Origin: a virus | Reading direction: 5' to 3' (one strand) | UHGV virus genome: UHGV-0368429 | Length of the DNA: 47,797 nt | In this document: one piece after another, positions 20,835 through 28,433 of the stretch | Position numbering within the stretch: position 1 is the stretch's first letter | Layout of the letters: every line of letters starts with the position of its first letter | The notes under the pieces: generated by a model | What the model saw: the letters and a program-made list of their open reading frames with translations, nothing else | What the model was told of the DNA's origin: nothing | Databases searched by the model: none | Position numbers and translations under genes: made by a program

Positions 20835-20875
20835 AGCGATCATTTTTACATTATTGATCGCTTTAAACGATCGTT
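20835..20875. promoter_or_regulatory. Divergent intergenic region with two palindromes (candidate operator)
   Basis: AGCGATCA (20835..20842) and TGATCGCT (20855..20862) are a perfect inverted repeat; AACGATCGTT (20866..20875) is a perfect palindrome; sits between the lipoprotein start and the tail fibre start. Confidence 0.35.
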
Positions 20876-20893
20876 ATTATCGTGAGGTAGTTC

Positions 20894-22213
20894 ATGCTTT
20901 ATAACACTGGAACCATTGCTGTCAACGGAAATACCGCCACAGGGACGGGTACTAACTGGACGGCACCTGCCAGCCAGGTCCGCGCTGGCCAGACGATTAT
21001 CGTCATGTCGAGCCCGGTTCAAATTTTCCAGATCTCAAGCGTGGACAGTTCCACCTCGATGACGGTTACACCTGCCGCCGCTCCGGCACTTAGCGGTCAG
21101 AAGTATGGAATCCTGGTGTCCGACAATATCTCTGTCGACGGACTGGCACAGGCCATGTCGCAGCTCATCAAAGAGTATGACGAGAATATTGGCGCGTGGG
21201 AGACGTTCGCCACAACCTTAGCCAATCAGAGCATTACCGTAACCATTAACGGCACCCCTGTAACGATCCCCGGCATCGGCAAACTGGCGCAAAAAGGGAG
21301 TAACGGTGCGCTGGCTGTTGCTGACGGCGGCACTGGGGCCACGAAGGCAGAGGACGCTCGCACAAACATCGGTTTGGGAGACAGCGCCACCAAGAGTGTT
21401 GGGACGGTAACTGGTACCGTAGCTGCCGGCGATGATTCTCGCATCACTGGTGCCCTTCAAAAAACTGGCGGGAAACTTACAGGACAACTGGATTTGGTAA
21501 GTGCACCGCTTGTGGCAGACGGTAACTCGGTTATTGTTGCAAATGGTGGTCTTGATGTTGATTTAGCAAAAGGACTAGCGTTAAGAGGAAGAGTGCAGCA
21601 GGGGGCGGGCAAAAACAATAATATACTTGTGGTATCTGGAGATGGTGATACAGGCGCGACGGGATATGTAGGTGCATTCCAGTATAACTGGTATACCGAT
21701 GGCTGGATTACAGGGATTACCCGTGGTTCAGGAACTAACACGCTGACGTATTCGATTTACTATAACGGTGCATCTTATGGTACAGGGGATAAACGATGGA
21801 GCTTCAATTATGATGGTTCCGCCACTTCTCAGGGGGCCTGGGTTAATGGTTCTGACGAGCGTCACAAGTCCAATATAAAGCCGGTGTCGACCCCACTAGC
21901 CGCCGTACTATCCATGCGTGGTGTCACGTATGACGTTCAGGATGGTGGTCGGGGTGTAGGACTTATTGCCCAGGATGTTGAAAATTGGTGTCCGGATGCC
22001 GTTAAGACATATGGAGATCGTGAATTCAGTGATGGCACTGTGATTGAGAATTTCAAATTTCTCGACACATCAGGCGTGTCTGCCGCATACCACACCGAAG
22101 CAATCAAAGAACTTTTTACCCTGGTGGAACTGGTACTTATCGATCCGGAAAAAGCACGTGATGTAATCAACGTGGTTAAAGAAGCCACTAAGCCTAGCCA
22201 GTCAGGTTTGTAA
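20894..22213 (+). CDS. Tail fibre / tailspike with C-terminal intramolecular chaperone (peptidase S74-like) domain
   Basis: 439 aa, Gly/Thr-rich repeats; C-terminal ...WVNGSDERHKSNIKPVS...LSMRGVTYD... fits the S-D-x-R-x-K auto-cleavage motif of S74 chaperone domains. Confidence 0.6.
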   Translation: MLYNTGTIAVNGNTATGTGTNWTAPASQVRAGQTIIVMSSPVQIFQISSVDSSTSMTVTPAAAPALSGQKYGILVSDNISVDGLAQAMSQLIKEYDENIGAWETFATTLANQSITVTINGTPVTIPGIGKLAQKGSNGALAVADGGTGATKAEDARTNIGLGDSATKSVGTVTGTVAAGDDSRITGALQKTGGKLTGQLDLVSAPLVADGNSVIVANGGLDVDLAKGLALRGRVQQGAGKNNNILVVSGDGDTGATGYVGAFQYNWYTDGWITGITRGSGTNTLTYSIYYNGASYGTGDKRWSFNYDGSATSQGAWVNGSDERHKSNIKPVSTPLAAVLSMRGVTYDVQDGGRGVGLIAQDVENWCPDAVKTYGDREFSDGTVIENFKFLDTSGVSAAYHTEAIKELFTLVELVLIDPEKARDVINVVKEATKPSQSGL

Positions 22214-22417
22214 ACAATACTCAGGCATCTAACAAGTAAAACGCCGCCCATCGCATGCAAGAATTTGCGGCGGCTAAAATCTGCTCATTAAGAGTTACTG
22301 CCATAAAATTTACAAAACTCATAATTCGAAACGACATAGAAACTTAGAAACGAAACGGCGAAGCTTTAAGCATTCATCACAGACCCTCTGTCTTGCGTGC
22401 ATACTCAAATGAAACTA

Positions 22418-22433
22418 CTGTATATAAAAACAG
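22418..22433. promoter_or_regulatory. LexA (SOS) box upstream of umuD
   Basis: CTGTATATAAAAACAG = CTGT-N8-ACAG with AT-rich spacer, 18 bp before the umuD ATG; identical in form to the E. coli umuDC operator. Confidence 0.85.
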
Positions 22434-22450
22434 TGTTTGAGGTATGCAAC

Positions 22451-22870
22451 ATGGAATTTATCAGGCCTGCAGAACTGCGAGAAATTATAGCTCTCCCGCT
22501 TTTCAGTGACTTAGTGCAGTGTGGTTTCCCAAGCCCAGCGGCTGATTACGTTGAACAGCGCATCGATCTCAATGAGTTACTTGTTGCTCACCCGAGCTCA
22601 ACGTATTTCGTCAAAGCCGCGGGCGATTCTATGATCGAAGCCGGGATCAGCGACGGTGATCTGCTGGTAGTGGACAGCTCCAGGACTGCTGAGCATGGTG
22701 ACATTGTCATCGCTGCGGTGGAAGGGGAGTTCACTGTTAAACGCCTGCAGCTGCGCCCGAACGTGCAACTAAACCCTATGAACAGCGCCTACAGTCCGAT
22801 AGTTATTGGCTGCGAAGATACGCTGGACGTTTTCGGCGTCGTGACTTTCATCGTTAAATCGGCGAGCTGA
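22451..22870 (+). CDS. umuD: UmuD-like error-prone polymerase accessory subunit (S24 peptidase)
   Basis: [45 protein letters not shown]...KAAGDSM... closely matches E. coli UmuD as recalled. Confidence 0.9.
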   Translation: MEFIRPAELREIIALPLFSDLVQCGFPSPAADYVEQRIDLNELLVAHPSSTYFVKAAGDSMIEAGISDGDLLVVDSSRTAEHGDIVIAAVEGEFTVKRLQLRPNVQLNPMNSAYSPIVIGCEDTLDVFGVVTFIVKSAS

Positions 22871-22872
22871 AC

Positions 22873-24141
22873 ATGTTCGCGCTCTGTGATGTGAATTCGT
22901 TCTACGCATCATGCGAGACGGTGTTTCGGCCTGATTTGAGGGGGCGCCCGGTTGTCGTTCTCTCGAATAATGATGGCTGCGTAATTGCGCGCAGCGCCGA
23001 GGCCAAAGCCGCCGGAATTACCATGGGTGAGCCTTTCTTCAAGCAAAAGGAGCTTTTCCGGCGCGCTGGCGTTGTTTGCTTCAGCAGCAATTACGAGCTG
23101 TACGCTGATATGTCGAACCGGGTAATGACGACGCTGGAAGAAATGAGCCCTCGCGTCGAAATATATAGCATCGATGAAGCTTTTTGCGACCTTACTGGTG
23201 TTCGAAACTGCCGGGACCTGACAGAGTTTGGCAAAGAGATCCGCGCGACGGTTCTGAAGCGTACGCACCTGACTGTCGGGATTGGCATCGCGAAAAGTAA
23301 GACCCTTGCAAAGCTGGCAAATCACGCCGCCAAAAAATGGCAGCGTCAGACGGGCGGAGTTGTTGATTTGTCCAATATCGATCGCCAGCGTCGGTTGTTG
23401 GCTATTGTGCCTGTGGAGGACGTATGGGGCGTCGGCAGGCGCATCAGTAAGAAGCTGAACGCCATGGGCATCAAAACGGCTCTGGACCTCTCAGAACAAA
23501 GCACATGGATTATCCGTAAACACTTTAACGTGGTACTCGAGCGAACGGTCCGGGAGTTGCGCGGCGAGCCTTGTCTTGATCTGGAGGAGTTTGCACCAGC
23601 TAAGCAGGAAATCGTCTGCAGTCGGTCATTCGGTGAACGCGTTACCGAATACGAACAGATGCGGCAGGCTATTTGCAGCTATGCGGCGCGTGGTGCTGAA
23701 AAGCTTCGCGGCGAACATCAGTATTGCCGTTTTATCTCTGCGTTCGTGAAGACGTCACCTTTTGCCCTGAACGAGCCGTATTACGGCAACAGCGCGTCAG
23801 TGAAGCTTCTCACCCCCACTCAGGATTCCCGCGACATCATCAACGCCGCGGTAAAGTGCCTGGACAAAATCTGGAAGGATGGGCACCGCTATCAAAAGGC
23901 TGGAATTATGCTGGGAGATTTTTTCAGTCAAGGGGTGGCACAGCTGAACCTTTTCGATGAGCACGCGCCGCGCGCTGGAAGCGATAAGTTGATGGATGTG
24001 CTCGATCACTTGAACGCGAAAGAAGGGAAAGGAACACTCTTCTTTGCCGGGCAGGGCATTCAACAGCAGTGGCAGATGAAGCGGCAGTTGCTTTCACCCC
24101 GATATACTACTCGCATATCAGATTTATTAATTGTGAAGTAA
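22873..24141 (+). CDS. umuC: UmuC-like Y-family translesion DNA polymerase (Pol V catalytic subunit)
   Basis: 422 aa; [41 protein letters not shown]... is the Y-family N-terminus; immediately follows umuD. Confidence 0.9.
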   Translation: MFALCDVNSFYASCETVFRPDLRGRPVVVLSNNDGCVIARSAEAKAAGITMGEPFFKQKELFRRAGVVCFSSNYELYADMSNRVMTTLEEMSPRVEIYSIDEAFCDLTGVRNCRDLTEFGKEIRATVLKRTHLTVGIGIAKSKTLAKLANHAAKKWQRQTGGVVDLSNIDRQRRLLAIVPVEDVWGVGRRISKKLNAMGIKTALDLSEQSTWIIRKHFNVVLERTVRELRGEPCLDLEEFAPAKQEIVCSRSFGERVTEYEQMRQAICSYAARGAEKLRGEHQYCRFISAFVKTSPFALNEPYYGNSASVKLLTPTQDSRDIINAAVKCLDKIWKDGHRYQKAGIMLGDFFSQGVAQLNLFDEHAPRAGSDKLMDVLDHLNAKEGKGTLFFAGQGIQQQWQMKRQLLSPRYTTRISDLLIVK

Positions 24142-24166
24142 AAAGGCTGCTTAACGCAGCCTTTTT
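24141..24166. terminator. Bidirectional rho-independent terminator (umuC and convergent small ORF)
   Basis: AAAA-GGCTGC-TTAAC-GCAGCC-TTTTT; A-run on one side, T-run on the other. Confidence 0.7.
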
Positions 24167-24172
24167 AGTTAA

Positions 24173-24322
24173 TTAAGCAGCTTTTTTCTCGCTGCATTTG
24201 CAATGAGGGATAACAAAAACTTTCGCCTTTTTAGGGCGGATGATTTTACCATCCTTCATTACATAGGGCGTGAAGGTTACTTCACACGAATTCCCACATT
24301 TTGGACAATAGCCAGTTTTCAT
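24173..24322 (-). CDS. Unlisted small ORF (49 aa): zinc-ribbon-like protein, putatively SOS-regulated
   Basis: Translated by hand (below the 60-aa listing cutoff): MKTGYCPKCGNSCEVTFTPYVMKDGKIIRPKKAKVFVIPHCKCSEKKAA*; CPKC...HCKC; GGAG about 7 nt before ATG; LexA box 28 bp upstream; terminator downstream. Confidence 0.5.
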   Translation of the reverse strand: MKTGYCPKCGNSCEVTFTPYVMKDGKIIRPKKAKVFVIPHCKCSEKKAA

Positions 24323-24349
24323 GTGAGATCTCCTATGTAAATGTACAGC

Positions 24350-24365
24350 CTGTAAATCTAAACAG
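24350..24365. promoter_or_regulatory. LexA (SOS) box upstream of the small zinc-ribbon ORF
   Basis: CTGTAAATCTAAACAG = CTGT-N8-ACAG with AT-rich spacer. Confidence 0.65.
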
Positions 24366-24476
24366 ATTGCACCTTGTTAGGAGAACCACTATACTTTTAG
24401 CCGTCAAGCATTTTGTGTAGCGGTAGATTTCTCCATACACACCGAGTTATGCGTCAACATAGCTCGCCCCCTAAGA

Positions 24477-24500
24477 AGCCCTGCGTCAACAGGGCTTTTT
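24477..24500. terminator. Hairpin terminator just past the ImmA-like gene
   Basis: GCCCTG-CGTCAA-CAGGGC followed by TTTTTT on the plus strand, preceded by A-rich sequence. Confidence 0.5.
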
Positions 24501-24983
24501 TCAATAAAATTCAAAGCAAAGCTGTGCTGTTTGATAGCCCAATTTATCGAGCATCGTTTCTGCGAAAAGATCCGCCTGCCATTCAGAATCTTCATTTTGT
24601 TCCGGCATGGCATTCGCAAAGTGTAAGGCTGGCTTATGTTGTAGTAGCAAGTGCCCGAGCTCATGGAATATAACAAATAACGCTGATCGTTCACCGCCAC
24701 ATGCCATTTCATAGATATGGTTTGGAACCCTGATAGTCAGTTTGTCAGGTTCACAGTGTCCAATCGTTAGACCCAGCGTTTCCTGAAACCATTCGTCATC
24801 ATCCATTGGATCGAGGACAATATTCCATTGAGATAATGTTTCCAGCGCTACGTCAAATCTGCGCGGTCTACGCCGGTATTTATACTTACTAGTAAATCCG
24901 AGTGCAAAGCAAGCATTTACAGCTATCGCTTTAATTTCCATTTCACTCAGAGGACGAACACGTGTACCGCGCATTAAATGCAT
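24501..24983 (-). CDS. ImmA/IrrE-family zinc metallopeptidase (COG2856-like)
   Basis: 160 aa with HEXXH motif (FHELGHLLLQH); immediately downstream of an XRE HTH gene in the same orientation; AT-rich. Confidence 0.7.
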   Translation of the reverse strand: MHLMRGTRVRPLSEMEIKAIAVNACFALGFTSKYKYRRRPRRFDVALETLSQWNIVLDPMDDDEWFQETLGLTIGHCEPDKLTIRVPNHIYEMACGGERSALFVIFHELGHLLLQHKPALHFANAMPEQNEDSEWQADLFAETMLDKLGYQTAQLCFEFY

Positions 24984-25000
24984 AACAGTTTCCTAAGCAG

Positions 25001-25360
25001 TTATTTTTTGTTGATTTCTGCAAGTAATTCTGCAAATTTTTTTAATTCTTCATGGGTGAATTCCGATTTTGCAAAACCAGCAACAAGCATTTGTTGTTGC
25101 TTTGGTAAACCTTCAATAGGTACCAATTCATTCGCGATAGAAGCTAAAACATCGAGATCATCAATGTAATAACCTTGCGCTGCAAAAAGTTCATTGATTG
25201 CCGTTACCCATTTCTCTGGTATTTTTTTAGTCCCTGTTTCGAGCCCGCTTAGAAAAGCAGGTGTTGTTCCTAAAGCCTTTGCCATTGTAAGCAAAGTATA
25301 ACCAGTATCGATCCGAGCTTTCCTTACGGCCTTTCCGAAATCAGTAAGAGCCATAGTCAT
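25001..25360 (-). CDS. XRE-family helix-turn-helix transcriptional regulator
   Basis: 119 aa; N-terminal HTH (…FGKAVRKARIDTGYTLLTMAKALGTTPAFLSGLETG…); paired with the ImmA-like gene. Confidence 0.7.
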   Translation of the reverse strand: MTMALTDFGKAVRKARIDTGYTLLTMAKALGTTPAFLSGLETGTKKIPEKWVTAINELFAAQGYYIDDLDVLASIANELVPIEGLPKQQQMLVAGFAKSEFTHEELKKFAELLAEINKK

Positions 25361-25459
25361 ATCCTCAGTGCTTTCATTGTGGCTTACGCCAGATGTTCTA
25401 AATATACTCTAACCATAAAAAAAGTAAACTCATCAAGAAAAATAAATTAACCAAAAAGG

Positions 25460-26131
25460 TTAAGTTATTATTTCTATTAGATTTTTACCTTGATTTCTGG
25501 CGTTTCCAACCGCGCGTGTAACAGCGTGCCAGATAAACTTGTCGGCAGGCACTGCGCCGTCGGCTGCTATCTCTTCAGCTTCTTTCCCGCCTATATCCTG
25601 ACGTATCCACTCGCGAGCCGCTTCCGGTGACAGAACCAGTGGCCGGCGATCGTGAATATCGACCAGACCTTTATCAGCTGCAGATGTCACGATGAGAAAA
25701 CCTTCAGCTTCGTCTCCACGCTCAAATGGTGTGCTGCCGATAGCCGCCATAAATATTGGCTGGCCGTCGGCCCGGTGAATGAAGTAGGGCTGTTTCTTGT
25801 CTGCTTCCTTCTTCCATTCGAACCAGCCATCCGCAAAGCAGATCGCCCGGCCATGTTGCCAGAGAGGCTTGAACATTCGGCTGGTGGCCGCCGTCTCGAC
25901 GCGTGCGTTAATCAGTGGCGGTTTATCCCACCACTCGGGCGCGTAAGACCACAGGACTGGATCAAGATGCAGCTGCTCGTTGCGTTCGCTCAGGAGCAGC
26001 ACCTTGGTACCGGGCGAGACGTTGTACCGGCCTATAGGTTCCGGGTCATACGCAATGTCACGATCGGCTTCATCGGCCAAGTATGCCAGATATTCTTCAC
26101 GGGTTTGGGCTTGTGCAAAACGTCCACACAC
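25460..26131 (-). CDS. yedK: SOS-response-associated peptidase (SRAP; YedK/HMCES family abasic-site processing protein)
   Basis: 223 aa starting MCGRFAQAQTREEYLAYLADEADRDIAYDPEPIGRYNVSPGTKVLLLSERNEQLHLDPVLWSYAPEWWDKPPLINARVETAATSRMFKP..., matching E. coli YedK with the catalytic Cys2. Confidence 0.85.
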   Translation of the reverse strand: MCGRFAQAQTREEYLAYLADEADRDIAYDPEPIGRYNVSPGTKVLLLSERNEQLHLDPVLWSYAPEWWDKPPLINARVETAATSRMFKPLWQHGRAICFADGWFEWKKEADKKQPYFIHRADGQPIFMAAIGSTPFERGDEAEGFLIVTSAADKGLVDIHDRRPLVLSPEAAREWIRQDIGGKEAEEIAADGAVPADKFIWHAVTRAVGNARNQGKNLIEIIT

Positions 26132-26311
26132 AGGAACCTCCAGTCAGTAAGACTGAAAGTATAGGGCAGGGAGAAAAAGTAGTGTGCGCTGGTTAAGTCC
26201 TACAAACGGATTCGCGCTGATTATGCTAATGAGGATGAAATGCGTAAAGCGATGCGTTGTGAAACTGGAAGGAGCTACGCAAAGTTGCGACAATGCCAAA
26301 AGAGAAAGCTA

Positions 26312-26335
26312 AACCCGGTAGGGGATCCGGGTTCG
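26312..26335 (-). terminator. Hairpin terminator downstream of dinI
   Basis: Inverted repeat AACCCGG-TAGGGGAT-CCGGGTT; T-containing tract follows on the minus strand. Confidence 0.4.
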
Positions 26336-26356
26336 CTGTGATGACAATATGGAAAT

Positions 26357-26596
26357 TCATTCATTAGTAAGCCACATATCAGACTCTTCAAACATATCCT
26401 CCAGCATACGGTTCAACTTTTCACGGTCACTTTTGCTGGCATCACTATTCAATCCGTTAGCCTGCATAGGTTTCACCTTCACTTCAGCATCAGGGAATAT
26501 GCTATGCACTCGCCTCGTCAGCTCAGCCAAAATAATTTCTCTGGCGCCATCCAAGCCCTGGACATTTCGCTTATCGTAAACCAACTCAACAAACAT
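26357..26596 (-). CDS. dinI: DinI-family DNA-damage-inducible protein
   Basis: 79 aa; ...GAREIILAELTRRVHSIFPDAEVKV...EESDMWLTNE follows the E. coli DinI pattern; LexA box 42 bp upstream. Confidence 0.8.
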   Translation of the reverse strand: MFVELVYDKRNVQGLDGAREIILAELTRRVHSIFPDAEVKVKPMQANGLNSDASKSDREKLNRMLEDMFEESDMWLTNE

Positions 26597-26637
26597 AACA
26601 GTCTCCTTAATCTCTGTGAGAGGAAGCTATATTTTTA

Positions 26638-26653
26638 CTGTAAATATATACAG
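26638..26653. promoter_or_regulatory. LexA (SOS) box upstream of dinI
   Basis: CTGTAAATATATACAG = CTGT-N8-ACAG. Confidence 0.8.
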
Positions 26654-26767
26654 TGTCAAGCGAGTGATACGATCTACACGATGGGATTTTTCGTCCGGTT
26701 GAACAGAAATTACCGGTAGTTATTCCCCAGTTATTCCCCAATATTTCCCCGTAAGAAAACTACCAAT

Positions 26768-26797
26768 AAAAAAACCAGCCATAAGAGGCTGGTTTTC
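26768..26797 (-). terminator. Rho-independent terminator adjacent to attP (would follow the reconstituted tRNA in a lysogen; tI/sib-like position)
   Basis: AACCAGCC-ATAAGA-GGCTGGTT flanked by an A-run (plus) and T-run (minus); 10 bp from the CCA end of the tRNA fragment. Confidence 0.6.
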
Positions 26798-26807
26798 AAT
26801 GTATTTT

Positions 26808-26853
26808 TGGTCGGCACGAGAGGATTTGAACCTCCGACCCCCGACACCCCATG
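26808..26853 (-). other. attP core: 3'-terminal 46 nt of a tRNA-Pro-like gene (partial tRNA, not intact)
   Basis: Reverse complement CATGGGGTGTCGGGGGTCGGAGGTTCAAATCCTCTCGTGCCGACCA has T-arm, acceptor 3' strand and CCA and matches the 3' part of E. coli proL as recalled; the 5' half is absent; int is adjacent. Confidence 0.65.
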
Positions 26854-26904
26854 TCACTGCGTTAAAGCCGCTGCAACCCTTGTAAATACTGGTGCTACGG
26901 CATG

Positions 26905-26940
26905 TTTGACTGTATATGCAAACAGTGCATTTTTTGCAAA
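26905..26940 (-). promoter_or_regulatory. LexA-box-containing promoter-like element between int and attP, oriented toward attP
   Basis: CTGTATATGCAAACAG (26910..26925); on the minus strand TTGCAA-17-TATACA flanks and overlaps it. Confidence 0.4.
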
Positions 26941-26989
26941 ATCCGCACTATATACATCAATGAGTTACGGGTAGGTTTTTCCCCATACA

Positions 26990-28183
26990 TCACCCGGCTT
27001 TAAAGACAATTTCAGCATGAGGAACTTCTACCCATTCCACATGGTTCTGGGTATAAACTTTTGTCGATTTTGCATCACTATGGGCCATCCTTGCCTGCGG
27101 ATCGATACCTTGTCTTTCGAAAATATGAGCCGCCAGCGCTCTAATCTCGTGGAAAGTTGGCCTTTCTTTGATAGGTAATTCTGCCGCTACACCTATCCGG
27201 TCCCGCAGCTCTGAAAATGCCCTGCTCAAATAATCAGGGGCCACCTGTGTTGGGTGGTTAACTTCCTTGCTTATCGGATTGCTTCTCTTTTCCAGAAGCC
27301 GGTGAATAACATAAGGACTGGCCACATTGTCTCTGCTGTTGTCGATGATCTCTTTCAGGGCCCTGCCGATCGGAATAGCGACGTGTGAAGCCTCTTTGTG
27401 CTGCACTTTTTGCCGATGAATGTAAAGCGTTCCGAATATGCCAGCCTCCTCCTGATCGAACCATACACAGCCGCAAACCCCTTCTTGAGGTTCCTTGATC
27501 GAGTACCGGATCCGGGAAACTTCCAGGCGCGCTTGCGTAGTTTGTATGGCAAGGTCCATTGCAGTCTTCAGCCAAGGTTCAGCAGCTGCATGTATGGCCA
27601 GGAACTGTTCCAAAGTAAGTCGCCGGCGGACCTTTTTATCGACACGCCGCATTTTTTTCCGTGTTGCAGGGTTATCCATCATTAGCGATTCATCAACAGC
27701 ATAAGAGAATAGCTTTTTCAGGAAGCTAACTTTTCGGTTCTGAACATTGGCCGACGATTCAGAATGGTAATTTCGTATGTAGGCATTTACGTGCTCAAGC
27801 TCAATATCGCATGCGGGTATGTTATTAAAAAATTCTTTAACCCTGATGGCATCATTATTCCAATCGTCAAGTGTGCTTTTAGACGGCTGCTCATCTTTGA
27901 TTGCTCTCTCCATAATGCGATCAACATGTTCAGAAAACGGGTGGGCTTCACCATTCAGCCCTCCCGATTCCCGAATTAATGAATCTATCGATGGTGTATT
28001 TTCAGGGCGCATCCTCAGGTTATATTCTCGGGCGATGGCGATAGCCATTACTCGATCCGAACCGAGAGTTTTCTTTTTCCCAGTTATAAGCGTGAACTTA
28101 TACACGCCACGATCTTTATCAAAAAAAAGATAATCAGGAAGGTGGCGGTATTCTTTTTTTCGTGGCCTTGCTGCCATGGTCAA
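26990..28183 (-). CDS. int: Tyrosine integrase
   Basis: 397 aa next to attP on the same strand; lambda-type position; C-terminal region typical of tyrosine recombinases. Confidence 0.85.
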   Translation of the reverse strand: MTMAARPRKKEYRHLPDYLFFDKDRGVYKFTLITGKKKTLGSDRVMAIAIAREYNLRMRPENTPSIDSLIRESGGLNGEAHPFSEHVDRIMERAIKDEQPSKSTLDDWNNDAIRVKEFFNNIPACDIELEHVNAYIRNYHSESSANVQNRKVSFLKKLFSYAVDESLMMDNPATRKKMRRVDKKVRRRLTLEQFLAIHAAAEPWLKTAMDLAIQTTQARLEVSRIRYSIKEPQEGVCGCVWFDQEEAGIFGTLYIHRQKVQHKEASHVAIPIGRALKEIIDNSRDNVASPYVIHRLLEKRSNPISKEVNHPTQVAPDYLSRAFSELRDRIGVAAELPIKERPTFHEIRALAAHIFERQGIDPQARMAHSDAKSTKVYTQNHVEWVEVPHAEIVFKAG

Positions 28184-28389
28184 CCCTCAATTATTAACTG
28201 ACGTACCGCCTGATTAACAATTGAGTCAACTCCCCACTTTTCGGTTTCATAGACAAAAACTGAACCATCTACAATCCTTCCCATGAGTAATCCGTTTTCG
28301 ACCCAACGTTTAATTGTACGGTTGTCAGGAATGGAGTCTTTGGTAAATTCGCGCTTACTCCAGAGACTCGCTTTCATTAGCTTTGCCAT
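28180..28389 (-). CDS. xis: Excisionase (Xis/AlpA-like DNA-binding protein)
   Basis: From ATG 28389 with GGAGAAGGA SD: MAKLMKASLWSKREFTKDSIPDNRTIKRWVENGLLMGRIVDGSVFVYETEKW...; directly upstream of int with 4-bp overlap; the listed ORF start at 28473 is probably an extension. Confidence 0.7.
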   Translation of the reverse strand: MAKLMKASLWSKREFTKDSIPDNRTIKRWVENGLLMGRIVDGSVFVYETEKWGVDSIVNQAVRQLIIEG

Positions 28390-28433
28390 GGTTTCCTTCT
28401 CCATAAAGCCCGGCTGCACCCGGGCTGAGTGGT

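Noticed and set aside
24413-24673. 86-aa plus-strand ORF, and 26349..26579 plus-strand ORF
   Set aside because: Overlap the ImmA-like gene and dinI respectively on the opposite strand; the minus-strand products carry recognisable motifs, the plus-strand ones do not.
25652-26164. 170-aa plus-strand ORF
   Set aside because: Antisense to the yedK-like gene, whose translation matches E. coli YedK almost residue for residue at the N-terminus.
26808-26880. An intact tRNA gene
   Set aside because: Only the 3' 46 nt (anticodon loop to CCA) match a tRNA-Pro-like sequence; the sequence beyond has no complementary 5' acceptor strand, so this is the att core fragment, not a functional tRNA.
22214-26990. 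Possibility that the window is two tandem prophages or a prophage plus host DNA (structural genes, then umuDC/yedK/dinI 'host' genes, then att-int)
   Set aside because: Nu1 is split across the window ends in perfect frame and cos lies just upstream, so the sequence is one circularly permuted phage genome. The region between tail fibre and attP corresponds to the lambda b region and is phage cargo.
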